IMG/VR virus record: IMGVR_UViG_2563366824_000006
Source: a virus
Lineage: Duplodnaviria; Heunggongvirae; Uroviricota; Caudoviricetes; Peduoviridae
Reading direction: 5' to 3' (one strand)
DNA: 37,453 nucleotides
Shown one piece after another: positions 1-9,802 of the stretch. The notes beneath the pieces are model-generated. The model was not told where the DNA came from. It was given only the letters and a program-made list of their open reading frames with translations, and made no database searches. The translations under genes and the position numbers were made by a program. The number at the start of each line of letters is the position of its first letter. Position 1 is the first letter of the stretch.

Positions 1-1362
1 ATGTTTAAACCGGAACTCCTTTCCCCGGCGGGAACGCTGAAAAATATGCGTTACGCTTTCGCTTATGGCGCAGATGCTGTTTATGCGGGCCAGCCGCGTT
101 ACTCCCTGCGTGTGCGCAACAACGAATTTAACCACGAAAATCTCCAGCTCGGCATCAATGAAGCCCACGCGCTGGGGAAAAAGTTTTATGTCGTGGTCAA
201 CATTGCACCGCACAACGCCAAGCTGAAAACCTTTATCCGTGACCTGAAACCGGTGGTGGAAATGGGGCCGGATGCGCTGATTATGTCCGATCCAGGGCTG
301 ATTATGCTGGTGCGTGAGCACTTCCCTGAAATGCCGATCCATCTCTCGGTACAGGCTAACGCCGTGAACTGGGCGACGGTGAAATTCTGGCAGCAAATGG
401 GCCTGACCCGCGTGATCCTCTCTCGCGAGCTGTCGCTGGAAGAGATTGAAGAGATCCGCAATCAGGTGCCGGATATGGAGGTAGAGATCTTCGTTCACGG
501 CGCGCTGTGCATGGCCTACTCCGGTCGCTGCCTGCTCTCTGGCTATATCAACAAGCGCGACCCGAACCAGGGCACCTGCACCAACGCCTGCCGCTGGGAA
601 TACAACGTCCAGGAAGGGAAAGAAGATGACGTTGGCAACATCGTACACAAGTACGAGCCGATTCCGGTGCAAAATGTTGAGCCGACGCTGGGTATCGGCG
701 CACCAACCGACAAAGTGTTTATGATCGAAGAGGCCCAGCGTCCGGGCGAGTATATGACCGCGTTTGAAGATGAGCACGGCACTTACATCATGAACTCGAA
801 AGATCTGCGCGCCATCGCCCATGTAGAACGCCTGACCAAAATGGGAGTGCATTCGCTGAAAATCGAAGGCCGTACCAAATCTTTCTACTATTGCGCACGC
901 ACCGCGCAGGTTTACCGTAAAGCTATCGATGACGCAGCTGCGGGAAAACCATTCGATACCAGCCTGCTGGAAACTCTGGAAGGTCTGGCGCATCGTGGCT
1001 ATACCGAAGGTTTCCTGCGTCGTCATACTCACGACGATTATCAGAACTACGAATACGGTTATTCAGTTTCTGACCGCCAGCAGTTTGTTGGTGAGTTTAC
1101 CGGTGAGCGCAAGGGCGACCTCGCGGCGGTAGCGGTGAAAAATAAATTCTCCGTTGGTGACAGCCTTGAGCTGATGACGCCGCAAGGCAACATTAACTTT
1201 ACCCTTGAGCACATGGAAAACGCCAAAGGTGAAGCTATGCCGGTCGCACCAGGCGATGGTTATACTGTGTGGCTCCCGGTCCCGCAGGATCTTGAGCTAA
1301 ATTACGCGCTCCTGATGCGTAATTTCTCCGGGGAAACCACGCGTAACCCCCACGGTAAGTGA
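1..1362 (+). CDS. yegQ: Peptidase U32-family protein YegQ (tRNA hydroxylation protein TrhP); host gene
   Basis: 453-aa ORF starting at base 1; translation recognised as E. coli YegQ from memory; sits directly upstream of cyaR as in E. coli. Confidence 0.9.
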   Translation: MFKPELLSPAGTLKNMRYAFAYGADAVYAGQPRYSLRVRNNEFNHENLQLGINEAHALGKKFYVVVNIAPHNAKLKTFIRDLKPVVEMGPDALIMSDPGLIMLVREHFPEMPIHLSVQANAVNWATVKFWQQMGLTRVILSRELSLEEIEEIRNQVPDMEVEIFVHGALCMAYSGRCLLSGYINKRDPNQGTCTNACRWEYNVQEGKEDDVGNIVHKYEPIPVQNVEPTLGIGAPTDKVFMIEEAQRPGEYMTAFEDEHGTYIMNSKDLRAIAHVERLTKMGVHSLKIEGRTKSFYYCARTAQVYRKAIDDAAAGKPFDTSLLETLEGLAHRGYTEGFLRRHTHDDYQNYEYGYSVSDRQQFVGEFTGERKGDLAAVAVKNKFSVGDSLELMTPQGNINFTLEHMENAKGEAMPVAPGDGYTVWLPVPQDLELNYALLMRNFSGETTRNPHGK

Positions 1363-1446
1363 TTAATTTCGATTATTTTTCCCGGATGGAAAATTCTTAG
1401 AAACCGATCACATACAGCTGCATTTATTAAGGTTATCATCCGTTTC

Positions 1447-1533
1447 GCTGAAAAACATAACCCATAAAATGCTAGCTGTACCAGGAACCACCTCCTTAGC
1501 CTGTGTAATCTCCCTTACACGGGCTTATTTTTT
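1447..1533 (+). ncRNA. cyaR: CyaR (RyeE) Hfq-dependent small RNA; its 3' terminator overlaps the phage att core
   Basis: Sequence gctgaaaaacataacccataaaatgctagctgtaccaggaaccacctccttagcctgtgtaatctcccttacacgggcttatttttt matches my recollection of E. coli CyaR, including the C-rich anti-SD loop (ccuccuu) and the terminator hairpin plus U-tract. Not checked against Rfam. Confidence 0.75.
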
Positions 1534-1534
1534 A
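1507..1534. repeat. Prophage attachment-site core, ogr-proximal copy (28-bp direct repeat)
   Basis: aatctcccttacacgggcttatttttta is repeated exactly at 35638..35665; it corresponds to the P2 att core as I remember it and lies inside the cyaR terminator. Confidence 0.85.
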
Positions 1535-1596
1535 CGCGTAATACAATGAAATAAAAGGATTTATTTCTGGTCACGTCCACACATTGACCACATCGA

Positions 1597-1627
1597 CAAA
1601 AAAAGCCCCTCGACTGAGGGGCTTTCT
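1597..1627 (-). terminator. Intrinsic terminator downstream of ogr
   Basis: Stem agcccctc / gaggggct (1604-1611 / 1616-1623) with 4-nt loop; on the minus strand it is followed by an 8-T run (plus-strand A-run 1597-1604). Confidence 0.6.
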
Positions 1628-1635
1628 GCCTGTAA

Positions 1636-1854
1636 TTACATCCACATAATTTGCTGCCCTGACGGCAACGGGTGCGGCCTTACGGTGTGGACTTCTCCCG
1701 GCTTCACGATGTATCTCTGTACCGACTCATAGGTGATGAACGTGGCGCTGCAATTCACGTTCTGGCACTGGTGATAACGCTCTTTTGTCGTGTCAGTGAT
1801 ATAGCGACTTGTACGCGCATGTGCGGCATGCTGGCATAAAGGACAATGAAACAT
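1636..1854 (-). CDS. ogr: Late-gene transcription activator Ogr (zinc-finger)
   Basis: 72-aa product from the internal Met of ORF 1636..1917 (MFHCPLCQHAAHARTSRYITDTTKERYHQCQNVNCSATF...); near-identical to P2 Ogr from memory; Cys-x2-Cys...Cys-x4-Cys zinc finger. Confidence 0.85.
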   Translation of the reverse strand: MFHCPLCQHAAHARTSRYITDTTKERYHQCQNVNCSATFITYESVQRYIVKPGEVHTVRPHPLPSGQQIMWM

Positions 1855-1935
1855 CGCGAGCACCTCTTCCGGTTTTGTTGATGGTGCCATTTTAGTTATT
1901 TTATCCTTATAAAACAAACAGATAAAATAAAGACA

Positions 1936-3099
1936 TCACTCATCATCTTCTGTTTCATACTCCACATCAGAAAGCCTGACCTCAAGCTCCAAGGACGTCG
2001 TGAAGCCGCTATTATTCAGAAAATGTGTCACCTTAGTGATTGTCCAGTCCTGCTCGTCTATGACGCGCTTAAAGCCAGACACTCTGACCGGTGTTTCCGT
2101 GTAAATATCTGCCCGACCAGTGGCAAGGCTGATGGAGAACTCCGCAACGCCCCGTTGCAGTTTGTCCCACTTCGCCTGAGCGGCGCGCATGGCCTGCGCT
2201 TTCGTGGCATATACCGTAGTCAGGGCAAAAACGTTGTCAGCCTCACCGGCCATGTATTCACCTTCGCGCGCTTCCGGTACTTTTGGCGCTTTCTTCTGCG
2301 TGACCGGTTTCGCTTTCGGGTGCTCCAGTGCGCGCAGGTGTTTCTCTTTCTTTTTGCGTTTCAGTTTTACCTTCTGCTTTTGCGGCTTCGGGTCTTTGGT
2401 GTGTAACCACTTTGCCGTTACGCCGGTGTAGGCTCCACGGTCAGCAATCGCAAAATGATGACGGTCGCCGTCGCTGCGGGTGATGGTAATCTGCGGGATT
2501 TTTTTACCGCTGGCCGTCACCCCCTGCCCCGCTTTGAGAAACAACAATTTTCCCATTTTTACCGACACCTCACCGCCGTTGCGTTCAGCAAGGCGGGTCA
2601 GGAATTTTGCATCAGACTCCTGCGACTGGTCGATGTGCGGGATTTTAATTCCGGCCAGTGACGGAGCGACACTGGCTTCCAGCCTGTTACGGGAGGCTAT
2701 CGCCTCAACAATCGCACCGAGCGTGGTGTCATGCCATGAGCCTTCCCGGCGGGAATTGAGCGTCCCGCGAAAATCTGCACTCCGGGCGCGGATGGTAACC
2801 ACATCCGGCGCGCCCCGGTGTTCAACCTCATCAACGGTAAATTTCCCTTTGCATACCAGGGCAAAACCTTTCCAGCCGATATACACCGTCAGGACAGCGC
2901 CACGAACCGGCAGCCCGACCTGCCCGTCGGCATCGTTCAGTTCAATATCAAGCTGGTCAGCCTCAAAGCCCCGGTTATCCGTCAGGGTCATGCTCATCAG
3001 ACGGTCGCTGATATTGCCGGTAATATCCCTGCTGTCGAGCATCAGCATGTAATCCGGCGTCAGCGTACTGCCTGCATCAAATGTCAGCGCATCCAGCAT
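1936..3099 (-). CDS. D: Tail protein D (late control gene D family)
   Basis: 387-aa ORF; length and sequence consistent with P2 gpD; start overlaps the U stop (TAATG). Confidence 0.88.
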   Translation of the reverse strand: MLDALTFDAGSTLTPDYMLMLDSRDITGNISDRLMSMTLTDNRGFEADQLDIELNDADGQVGLPVRGAVLTVYIGWKGFALVCKGKFTVDEVEHRGAPDVVTIRARSADFRGTLNSRREGSWHDTTLGAIVEAIASRNRLEASVAPSLAGIKIPHIDQSQESDAKFLTRLAERNGGEVSVKMGKLLFLKAGQGVTASGKKIPQITITRSDGDRHHFAIADRGAYTGVTAKWLHTKDPKPQKQKVKLKRKKKEKHLRALEHPKAKPVTQKKAPKVPEAREGEYMAGEADNVFALTTVYATKAQAMRAAQAKWDKLQRGVAEFSISLATGRADIYTETPVRVSGFKRVIDEQDWTITKVTHFLNNSGFTTSLELEVRLSDVEYETEDDE

Positions 3100-3578
3100 T
3101 ATCCCGCCCCCGTCATACCCGTGAATTTAGTCGCCATACTGCCAGCCTTACCGATGAGCGATTCCGCCTGTTTACCGATATCGCCATAAAGCGCGGCCAG
3201 TGATTCATCAACGCGGGTGAGCGACAGCGTAAAATCAATTTTTCGGGGTGTGCCGTCTGCAAAGAAAATACTCCCTGTTTCACTCACCCTGCTGATGACA
3301 TACATGCCGTAAATCATGCCGGTGCCATCCAGCAACGGCCACGCCCGACCTTCCTCTGCCATCAGCCTGAGCGTAGTCATCGTCAGCTTTCCGCCGGTCA
3401 GCTCGGGATAAAGCACACCGGCAAGCGTGATGTTTTCCTCGCCAACACCGAGAAACTGAAAGGCATCCCGTTTACCGATACGGGAATTTGACGGCCAGCG
3501 ATAATCTGATTCACGCTGCATGGTCTGGTGTGGCAGCGTCTGGCGCATAAAAACAAACATACCTAACGCGAGCATCAT
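3099..3578 (-). CDS. U: Tail protein U
   Basis: 159-aa ORF in the P2 position between T and D; size matches P2 gpU. Confidence 0.85.
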   Translation of the reverse strand: MMLALGMFVFMRQTLPHQTMQRESDYRWPSNSRIGKRDAFQFLGVGEENITLAGVLYPELTGGKLTMTTLRLMAEEGRAWPLLDGTGMIYGMYVISRVSETGSIFFADGTPRKIDFTLSLTRVDESLAALYGDIGKQAESLIGKAGSMATKFTGMTGAG

Positions 3579-3592
3579 TTTTCGTCACCTCC

Positions 3593-6040
3593 TTAACCGT
3601 CATGCATCATGCTGGCACGGGCGCGCGCACGTTTATCCCGCTCGTATTTTTCGAGCGCATCCTGTAACTGGCGGTCAAGCTGTGTCTCCGGCGCAGTACC
3701 GCCCGTCAGGCTGATGTGATATTCGTTTTTACTCTGGTCCACATAAGAGCGGCCAGCCGGTGCCGTGACCGGCTGATAAGCCTGATAGCCTGCATAAGAG
3801 CTGGTCGCCGGAATATAACCACCGGTGCCATACGTGGCGGCATTAGTCCTTGCGGCGGTCTGGTCAAGTGTGTCTGACTCTTTGTTGATAACACCGAGTT
3901 TTTCCAGTACCCAGTCAATACCATTGCGCAGTTTGTTGAACGCATTAAGCGGCAGCATCAACGCGTCAGCCAGTGCCTGCCCGAACATGACGCCCGTGTC
4001 ACGGCAACGGTTCAGGGTGTCCTGTGTGGCTTTAACCGGGGCAATCAGGTTTTTAAACCACTGCCACGAGGCCTGTAACTTTTCGCCCAGCCAGTCAAAC
4101 ACCGGCTTAAGTGGTGTGAACAGTTCCCCCACCGGCGCAAATGCCGCTTTCAGCCCTTCCACCACACCGCCAAAGAATGCGCTGACAGGCTCCCAGTATT
4201 TACGGATAAGCAACGCCCCGGCGACAATAGCGGCCACCACAGCCACAACCGGCCAGCTAATCGCCCCGATGGCGGTCATAACAGCACTGCCAACCGTCGT
4301 GAAGATTGCCCCCATTGCGCCTGCTGCCGCGATGATGGCATTAATGCCGGTGATAACCGGCCAGGCTACAAGACCAATTGCACCGATGATGCCAGTAAGC
4401 GCCAGTGCGCCACCGACAATGAGGCCGATGGTTGACGCCAGTGATTTGTTTTTCTGGATCCAGCCGTCGAGTTTTAACACATACTTTGTGGCCGTCTGTG
4501 TGAGCTTACGCAGTGCGCCTTCCTGCTGGTCAAACAGGTCAGTCCCCACCGCCTCATAAGCGGACTGAAACTCCTTAAAGTCACCGCCGAGGTTGTCCTG
4601 CATGATATTTACCAGCTCGGCGGTCTTCCCGTCTGAGGCTTTAAACGCAGCGGTCAGTTTGTCCAGCTTTCCGGTTGAGGCGGCTGTCATCAGCACGGCG
4701 GCGGCTGAGCTGGCCTCCTCCCCGAAAATAGTTTTCATGTATTCAGCCTGCTGGGCAGTACCGAGCCGGTTTTTCTCAAAACTGGCCTGCATTTCTTTCA
4801 GAATGGTAAATACTGGTCGGGTATTCCCCTTGCTGTCTGAGGTTTTCACGCCAAGCTCTTTGAGTGCATCCCATGCTTTTCCCGTCGGTGCCTGCAGGCG
4901 GCTTAACACGGCACGGCTTCCCGTCCCCGCCATTGAACCTGTGATTTTTGCATCATGCAGCGCCCCGACCATTGCGGCGGTTTCTTCAATGCTGACACCG
5001 GCATTTTTTGCCACAGGTGCGGCATAGGTCAGCGCATCGCTCATGCCGTCAAAATCAGCGGCGGTTTTGTTCATCGTCATGGAGAGAACATCCCCGATAT
5101 GAGCGACCTTATCGTTTGAAAGCTGAAAGGCGGATTTCATCCCCATCAGCAGGGCGGCGTTTTCTTCCATCGTGCGGCGGTTCGCCTGTGCCATATTCAG
5201 CGTGACCGGCGTTGCCGCCTGAATGGCATCAACATCCCCACCGGCTTTCGCAATGATAATCTGTGCACCGGCTGCATCATCCGCCGAGGCGGCGGTATTG
5301 TCGCCGAGCTGGCGCGCCTGTTTGCGTAGTGCGGTCATTTCGGCGGAGTCTTTTGCCACTCCGAGCACGGCCTGCAATTCTGAGTTTTTCTGCGCAAACT
5401 CATAACCGGGCATCAGCAGCTTAACTCCGGCCATCGTTCCCGCCGCCGCAATCCCCACACCGGCAGCACCCACTGAGGCCATATTTCCGGCCAGTTCCTT
5501 TCCGGCCTGATAACGCTGTTTTACTGCGTTAAGTTTTGCCTGTTGTGCACTGACACGCGCCAGCGCGTCGCGCTGTCGGTTAAGCTGTGCGGTGGTTTCA
5601 CTGATACGGTTTTTCAGTCCCTGCTCATCATGTGCAAGATTGCGGGTATTAATTCCCACAGCGGCCAGTTCCCGCTGCTGGCGTTTAACGGAATCTGTCA
5701 GGCGGTTATATTTCGCCTGTAAGTCCTCCACCGCACGCTTTGCGGATTCCAGCACTTTCGCCTGAGCACGGGTCGGACGTTCGGTGTTTTTAAACTGTGT
5801 GGCAAGGGCTTCGGCTTCCTGCCGTGCCTTTTCAAGTGCATGACCAGTCACGGCGAGCTGTGCACTGGTCTTGCGGAATCCCTCAATACGGGATGCGTGA
5901 CCGTTCAGCTCGCGCAGTGATTTTTGTGTTTCCCGGATATCCCCCGACAGCGACTTACTCGCTGTGCGGATGGATTTAAACGGGCGGGATGCCTGGTCAA
6001 CAGCCCTGAGCAATACCTGTAATTTTACATTGTTACTCAT
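3593..6040 (-). CDS. T: Tail tape measure protein T
   Basis: 815-aa ORF with coiled-coil N-terminal part and Ala/Gly-rich hydrophobic middle typical of tape-measure proteins; position and length match P2 gpT. Confidence 0.9.
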   Translation of the reverse strand: MSNNVKLQVLLRAVDQASRPFKSIRTASKSLSGDIRETQKSLRELNGHASRIEGFRKTSAQLAVTGHALEKARQEAEALATQFKNTERPTRAQAKVLESAKRAVEDLQAKYNRLTDSVKRQQRELAAVGINTRNLAHDEQGLKNRISETTAQLNRQRDALARVSAQQAKLNAVKQRYQAGKELAGNMASVGAAGVGIAAAGTMAGVKLLMPGYEFAQKNSELQAVLGVAKDSAEMTALRKQARQLGDNTAASADDAAGAQIIIAKAGGDVDAIQAATPVTLNMAQANRRTMEENAALLMGMKSAFQLSNDKVAHIGDVLSMTMNKTAADFDGMSDALTYAAPVAKNAGVSIEETAAMVGALHDAKITGSMAGTGSRAVLSRLQAPTGKAWDALKELGVKTSDSKGNTRPVFTILKEMQASFEKNRLGTAQQAEYMKTIFGEEASSAAAVLMTAASTGKLDKLTAAFKASDGKTAELVNIMQDNLGGDFKEFQSAYEAVGTDLFDQQEGALRKLTQTATKYVLKLDGWIQKNKSLASTIGLIVGGALALTGIIGAIGLVAWPVITGINAIIAAAGAMGAIFTTVGSAVMTAIGAISWPVVAVVAAIVAGALLIRKYWEPVSAFFGGVVEGLKAAFAPVGELFTPLKPVFDWLGEKLQASWQWFKNLIAPVKATQDTLNRCRDTGVMFGQALADALMLPLNAFNKLRNGIDWVLEKLGVINKESDTLDQTAARTNAATYGTGGYIPATSSYAGYQAYQPVTAPAGRSYVDQSKNEYHISLTGGTAPETQLDRQLQDALEKYERDKRARARASMMHDG

Positions 6041-6460
6041 TCGTGTTTCCGCTTCGCCGGAGCGCCTTTTCGCGCCATGTGATGAGTTCGGTCAGGCTCA
6101 TGGGATACAGTTCTGATGGCGGCCAGTGAAATATCACTGCCACATCCGCCATCAGGTCATCGACCGAGAGATTTTTCGGAAACGTTACTGCACCGAGTTC
6201 GGCGACAAAAAACTGACCACCTTACCGGCCAGCGCCACAAGGTCAGGCAGTTCCAGTGCGGCGACTTCCTGCTCGGTCAGCATCGGTGCAGTCATGCGCG
6301 GCAGCACCTTAATCAGTGCATCGACTTCGGAGTTCGCGACCGCAGCCAGACTGACACCGCGCAGCGTCCCGGCATTGGGTTTCATCAGCGTGACCTGTTC
6401 GATGACCTGCTCACCACGCTTGACCGGATTGTCCAGGGTAATCACATTTTCTTTGTTCAT
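6033..6460 (-). CDS. E+E': E+E' tail assembly chaperone made by programmed -1 ribosomal frameshift
   Basis: Slippery heptamer TTTTTTG on the minus strand (6212..6206) in the zero-frame context AGT TTT TTG; I translated the -1 frame by hand and obtained FFVAELGAVTFPKNLSVDDLMADVAVIFHWPPSELYPMSLTELITWREKALRRSGNTNE, ending at a TAA (6035..6033) that overlaps the T start codon. Confidence 0.75.
6185..6460 (-). CDS. E: Tail assembly chaperone E
   Basis: 91-aa ORF immediately upstream of T, as in P2; ends ...KVVSFLSPNSVQ. Confidence 0.85.
   Translation of the reverse strand: MNKENVITLDNPVKRGEQVIEQVTLMKPNAGTLRGVSLAAVANSEVDALIKVLPRMTAPMLTEQEVAALELPDLVALAGKVVSFLSPNSVQ
6206..6212 (-). other. -1 frameshift slippery site (T TTT TTG) for E / E+E'
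   Basis: Read directly in the sequence; equivalent in principle to the lambda G/GT and P2 E/E+E' sites. Confidence 0.75.
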
Positions 6461-6516
6461 GGTTTTCTCACTTCTGAATCAGGGTTAACCGGTCAGCCTG
6501 GCTGACCGGATGAAAA

Positions 6517-7035
6517 TCACAGGCCGATATTGCGGCGGTGTTGCTCCAGCCGGTCGACGCCGTTCACCTTCTCAATCATGTTGATGGTGTCGATTTCGAC
6601 CAGCTCCTTACCGTCCAACGTCAGCCGGAAATAGGTGCAGACCACGGAGATTTTCGACTCAGTGTCTTCTCCCTGTTTCCCCTCGCCGGTGTCGATTTCT
6701 TTCTGACGTCCACGCATGACCACCTCGACGGCCACCGTTTCGCCGGTATCGTCGCGCTGGTAAGAGCCAGCAAAACGAATCGGTACGGCATCCACGCCGG
6801 TTGCGGCGTAGAGCTCCCAGATAACCGAATCCGGGAAGCCCCCGAGCGACCACTCCATTGACAGCGCATCGTCATCAAGGCCGAGGTCTACCGGTGCGCT
6901 GCCGTTCATCCCCGCACCGCGATAGTTTTCGAGCTTACGGGTCAGTTTTGGCAGCGTGACGGACTTTGCAACGCCCTGATAGCTGTAGCCGTTCAGAAAG
7001 ACGTTCATTAACTTGAGTTTGCGCGGCATTGCCAT
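6517..7035 (-). CDS. FII: Tail tube protein FII
   Basis: 172-aa ORF; position and size match P2 FII. Confidence 0.88.
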   Translation of the reverse strand: MAMPRKLKLMNVFLNGYSYQGVAKSVTLPKLTRKLENYRGAGMNGSAPVDLGLDDDALSMEWSLGGFPDSVIWELYAATGVDAVPIRFAGSYQRDDTGETVAVEVVMRGRQKEIDTGEGKQGEDTESKISVVCTYFRLTLDGKELVEIDTINMIEKVNGVDRLEQHRRNIGL

Positions 7036-7047
7036 CGCTCAGGCTCC

Positions 7048-8238
7048 TTAATTGCTGTTAACCGAAGTGACCAGATTTGCCAGGTATTTATCGGTAATAC
7101 GCTGGCGCAGGGTCAGGTTTTCAAGAGGAGGCACCGGTGTATAGTCGTAGTCGATATACAGTTTTCCGGCCTTGAGGGTTTCCGCATCGTTGGATTCTTC
7201 GCTGAACCAGCAGGTCGCATCCACGATATAGCCGTTTGTTTTCAGCTCACGGAATTTGGCATTGATGCCGTCAACGATGTCGCGAATCAGCGTTGCGGTG
7301 ATGGGCTTGTCCACCGCCCACATGTGCGCCTCAGCCATCGTGTCGGCCAGCACCTGCGCGGTGCGGGTGTAGTTTTCAAAGAGGAACAGCGGGTCATCAG
7401 AGCAGGTACGGTTACCCCAGAAGCGGAAACCGTCACGGCGAATCAGCGTTGTGACGCCTGACTCGTTAAGCAGGTCAGCATCGGTGCCGGACTCCTGCAA
7501 ATCCCAGAATACGGACGCGCTGATGCCGGTAACACCGTTCACCCCGACGTTGGACAGCGTTTTATGCCAGCCCTGCTCCTGGTCGATTTTAGCGCGCAGA
7601 CCCAGCGCACGGGCAGTGGCATACGCGGTGGCGGTGGTACTGGCGACCGTATCCCATGCGAGGAAATCCGGCCAGATGACCATCAGCTCACGCTGGCTGA
7701 AATTCTGGCGGTAGGCTTTCACCTCGGAAATGGTTTTACAGCCCCATGCGCTGATATACCCGAAAGCGCGCAGCTTCTGACAGACTGATGCCAGTGCAAC
7801 AGCCACCTCTTTGGTGTCCAGTCCCGGCACACCGAGAATACGCGGTTTAACGCCGGTTACCGACTCTGCCGCCAGCAGGGCTTTCAGTCCGGTGTACTGA
7901 CCATTTTCGTCGGTGGTGCCGATGATATTGGAAACGGTCTGCGCGAGTTTCGTTTCCTCGTCGTCGCCGGTGCCGTCTTCCACACGCACGACAACGGTGA
8001 CCGGTTTTGACTGGTCGGCGATGGCCTGCAACGATGCCGCCAGCGTGCCTTTTTTACCGGCCTTTGCAATTGCGCTCTGCACATTGGTAATCAGCACAGG
8101 TTTATTGAGGGGGAAGGTTTCCGCATCCGCATCGCTGGCCGTACAGACCATGCCGACAACGGCAGTGGATACGGTGGAAATGACGCGGGTGCCGTCGTTA
8201 ATCTCCAGCACCTGCACGCCATGATGATAGTCACTCAT
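7048..8238 (-). CDS. FI: Contractile tail sheath protein FI
   Basis: 396-aa ORF; position and size match P2 FI; GGAG Shine-Dalgarno about 9 nt upstream. Confidence 0.9.
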   Translation of the reverse strand: MSDYHHGVQVLEINDGTRVISTVSTAVVGMVCTASDADAETFPLNKPVLITNVQSAIAKAGKKGTLAASLQAIADQSKPVTVVVRVEDGTGDDEETKLAQTVSNIIGTTDENGQYTGLKALLAAESVTGVKPRILGVPGLDTKEVAVALASVCQKLRAFGYISAWGCKTISEVKAYRQNFSQRELMVIWPDFLAWDTVASTTATAYATARALGLRAKIDQEQGWHKTLSNVGVNGVTGISASVFWDLQESGTDADLLNESGVTTLIRRDGFRFWGNRTCSDDPLFLFENYTRTAQVLADTMAEAHMWAVDKPITATLIRDIVDGINAKFRELKTNGYIVDATCWFSEESNDAETLKAGKLYIDYDYTPVPPLENLTLRQRITDKYLANLVTSVNSN

Positions 8239-8330
8239 CCGTTTAACTCCGTGGTTAATGGGTGCAACTATTTTCTGTTGGGCAGTGCATGAGACGCTAT
8301 TTGACCTGGCTGGTCAGTGGATGAAACAAC
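8239..8330 (-). promoter_or_regulatory. Probable Ogr-dependent late promoter P_F region (upstream of FI)
   Basis: Position only, by analogy with P2 late-operon architecture; I found an imperfect dyad (TGG-N12-ACA around 8311..8328) but no perfect TGT-N12-ACA. Confidence 0.35.
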
Positions 8331-8361
8331 AGATAAAGAAAAGGCGGGCAATTCGCCCGCC
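8331..8361 (-). terminator. Intrinsic terminator downstream of the cargo gene, upstream of FI
   Basis: Stem ggcgggc / gcccgcc (8343-8349 / 8355-8361), followed on the minus strand by TTTTCTTTATCT. Confidence 0.55.
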
Positions 8362-8601
8362 TGTCCTGATTTGTACTCACTCATTTTCCGACTGACAATT
8401 TACATAGCCCAAACGCTATCAATTCTGACAGTCTGCTTTGAGCGAGGAGCAGACCTTCACGCTTTTCGCTGTTGAGTGACATGAATTATTAAAGAGCATT
8501 ATAAAACTTCACTTTTTCTAATTTCAATGCTTTATTAAAGTCAGCGACATTCAGGATTATCAATTCAATATTAATATACCATCAGCATTATATAAGAGGT
8601 A

Positions 8602-9606
8602 TTATGCTAACCATTTTGGATGCTCTTTATAAACATTATTAAACCACTCGGTCATTTCAGGTGAGTTCGTATCCTTTATCCAAGTTAACTCAAAGTCATC
8701 TCCCATAGATGCAAATATTGATTTCAATTGAGTTATGATTAAACCATAGTAAAATCCAAAAGTTTTTTCTTCATCCTCATTGACTAATGATTCAATATGA
8801 CAACTGAGAATAAATCGAACTCGTGCCGCCGTTGAGGGATGTGTCGATTGAAAATGTTCATGGGGTGATAAGCCATCAGAAAGTTTGAAGTAGCACAGTA
8901 TTAATAGCAATGAAAATGCAATTCCGCCTTCCTTGCTGCTATAAAAATCAAGCAAGTTATTAAGATAAGATGCCTTCTGATCAAATGCAGACTGTACATG
9001 TTTTTTTACAATATTAAGAGCAAAACCATCTGCAACTAATTCTCTTGCGTGGCTTGATATTATTTCTGCGCTATTGATTTTTTTATGTCCTAAAACATCA
9101 TCAAAGATAGTGTCAATAGATTGCTTTTTTGCTCGGTCGCCATGTTTATTAATGAAATGGCCTACTTCGTGACTAACTATAAACAGCATTAGACAATCAA
9201 GAATAAACATAAATAAGTGTGATTCGGACTCACTTTCCTCTCTTGTCTCATTGTTAAACCCAACAAATGGATTAGTAACGAGATGCAAGTCATAAAAGTT
9301 TAAATTAGTACTTTTCCCTGTTATCATCCCTGACCGAAAAATCAAGTCAGATAACTTACATAGTCTATCAAATGTGCCATAAGACATAAATATCAATTTT
9401 TCATCATAAATAATGCCGCATTGAAAATGTGAGTTGGTTGTAATGCAAAAATCCAGATCTAATTTTCGAACAGAGTCCATGTATTTACTAAAAAACGGCA
9501 GTACGAGACCATTATCTCTATCATTTATAAAATCATAGATAAGCCCCAATTGATTCTTTGAAAGAATTTCATTGATTTCATTAAGTTTTATTTCAAATCT
9601 ATCCAT
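8602..9606 (-). CDS. Cargo gene at the Z/fun position: putative zinc metallopeptidase with M48 (HtpX/Ste24)-like motifs and an N-terminal domain of about 135 aa of unknown function
   Basis: 334-aa ORF, AT-rich. Motifs read in the translation: HEVGH, then RELVADGFA (the ExxADxfA third-ligand motif of M48 peptidases), then STHPSTAARV (the THPxxxxR motif). AGAGGT Shine-Dalgarno upstream. No membrane helices evident, so probably soluble. Confidence 0.6.
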   Translation of the reverse strand: MDRFEIKLNEINEILSKNQLGLIYDFINDRDNGLVLPFFSKYMDSVRKLDLDFCITTNSHFQCGIIYDEKLIFMSYGTFDRLCKLSDLIFRSGMITGKSTNLNFYDLHLVTNPFVGFNNETREESESESHLFMFILDCLMLFIVSHEVGHFINKHGDRAKKQSIDTIFDDVLGHKKINSAEIISSHARELVADGFALNIVKKHVQSAFDQKASYLNNLLDFYSSKEGGIAFSLLLILCYFKLSDGLSPHEHFQSTHPSTAARVRFILSCHIESLVNEDEEKTFGFYYGLIITQLKSIFASMGDDFELTWIKDTNSPEMTEWFNNVYKEHPKWLA

Positions 9607-9760
9607 AATTAGAACCTCTTAATTAAAATTTTAAATAATCCGCTTAAGTAGCTATGGAGATGTAATTCTAATACTCAATCCACTCATTCAATGGAAAGAT
9701 TAGCATTACTTTAACCGCACTTTTGGACTTGACTTACTTCCCTTAAAGCTTCTGGGCACT

Positions 9761-9802
9761 ATGTTAGTAATGTCCGCTCTTCGCACGCAGCGGACATTGC
9801 TA
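9761..9802. repeat. Hairpin-containing repeat, copy 1 (15-17 bp stem, 10-nt loop)
   Basis: ttagtaatgtccgct (9763..9777) pairs with agcggacattgctaa (9788..9802) with one G-T wobble; the 42-nt segment matches 10859..10900 at 28 of 42 positions by my manual alignment. Confidence 0.6.

Noticed and set aside
2023-5405. Many ORFs of 60-240 aa antisense to, or in alternative frames of, D, U and T (for example 2023..2406, 2480..3052, 3825..4559, 4593..5027)
   Set aside because: They lie entirely within well-supported P2 structural genes on the opposite strand or in another frame, have odd compositions (Arg/Ser/Cys/Pro-rich), and have no counterparts in the P2 gene set; they are artefacts of GC-rich sequence.
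8239-8330. Perfect Ogr-binding dyads (TGT-N12-ACA) at the late promoters
   Set aside because: Searching by eye upstream of FI, V and in the O-P spacer I found only imperfect or mis-spaced dyads (TGG-N12-ACA; TGT-N11/N14-ACA), so late promoters are annotated by position only and with low confidence.
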